64,000 nucleotides of DNA, taken from the NCBI GenBank assembly GCA_950097015.1, contig CATNEN010000038.1:14198001-14262000 (forward strand). The letters run 5' to 3'. The notes under the pieces are model-generated. The model saw nothing but the letters and a program-made list of their open reading frames with translations. It did no database searches and was not told the DNA's origin. The translations under genes were made by a program, and so were the position numbers. Source of the stretch: Macrostomum hystrix (lineage: Eukaryota; Animalia; Platyhelminthes). Positions 63,441 to 64,000 of the stretch are shown here, in pieces. The stretch's first letter is position 1. Every line of letters begins with the position of its first letter.

Positions 63441-64000
63441 GTTGATAAAAGCAAACACAAGAATCTATGTTTGATCTTCGTAATATTTTAAATGTAAGTA
63501 ATATAAGAAGTAATATCGATGGAAATTTGAGTAGAATACCTGAAACTGTAGGGATACAAAAATTATTATAATTTCAAATATCCATCAAACTTCAGTTGCA
63601 TCCCTAAAACTTCATTGACATCCTTAAAACTTCTGTAGAACCCTTTGAATTTCAAGAAAACCCTAAAATTTCTGTGAAATCCCTAAATATTTATTAAAAG
63701 CAATTCTAAAAAATCGATGAAATCTAAAATCTCTGGACTCTGTTCAAACACTGAAACGTGATAAATTCTTAGAAAACTCCAGTTAAATACATTAAATATT
63801 AGTTAGTTTCTGAAGAGTAATTGGATGAGTGAAGGATGCGTATATTTAAAACTGGTGAAACAATGGAAAATCACCAATTGCCAGAGGAATTTCTTCCCTA
63901 TTTGGACCGGGGTAAACATGCATATAGCTCCGCTCCCATTGGTTGAACGGTATTCTATCCCAGCCAATGAGGAATCGAATGCGGATTTAATCTCTGTCAT

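Overview
Eukaryotic (animal) genomic DNA: spliceosomal GT-AG introns, tRNA-derived SINEs, DNA transposons and many minisatellites. The style resembles a free-living flatworm such as Macrostomum, but that is an unverified inference. Two pairs of housekeeping genes on the minus strand flank the window: La/SSB and Bax inhibitor-1 on the left, TP53RK/Bud32 and a synaptobrevin/VAMP on the right. Between them is a ~40 kb repeat-rich island whose only recognisable non-transposon genes come from two interleaved families of type II membrane (Golgi-like) enzymes. There are four FkbM/Methyltransf_21-type SAM methyltransferases (2 intact, 1 frameshifted, 1 decayed) and four DXD glycosyltransferases of the GT32/OCH1-like Gly_transf_sug family. 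This looks like a candidate animal gene cluster for making O-methylated glycans, and the paralogs show patchwork homogenisation of their catalytic cores. A second highlight is a pair of 80-nt, same-phase, apparently mutually exclusive exons encoding the C-terminal half of the VAMP SNARE motif. All gene models were assembled by hand from splice signals and reading phase; there is no transcript evidence.
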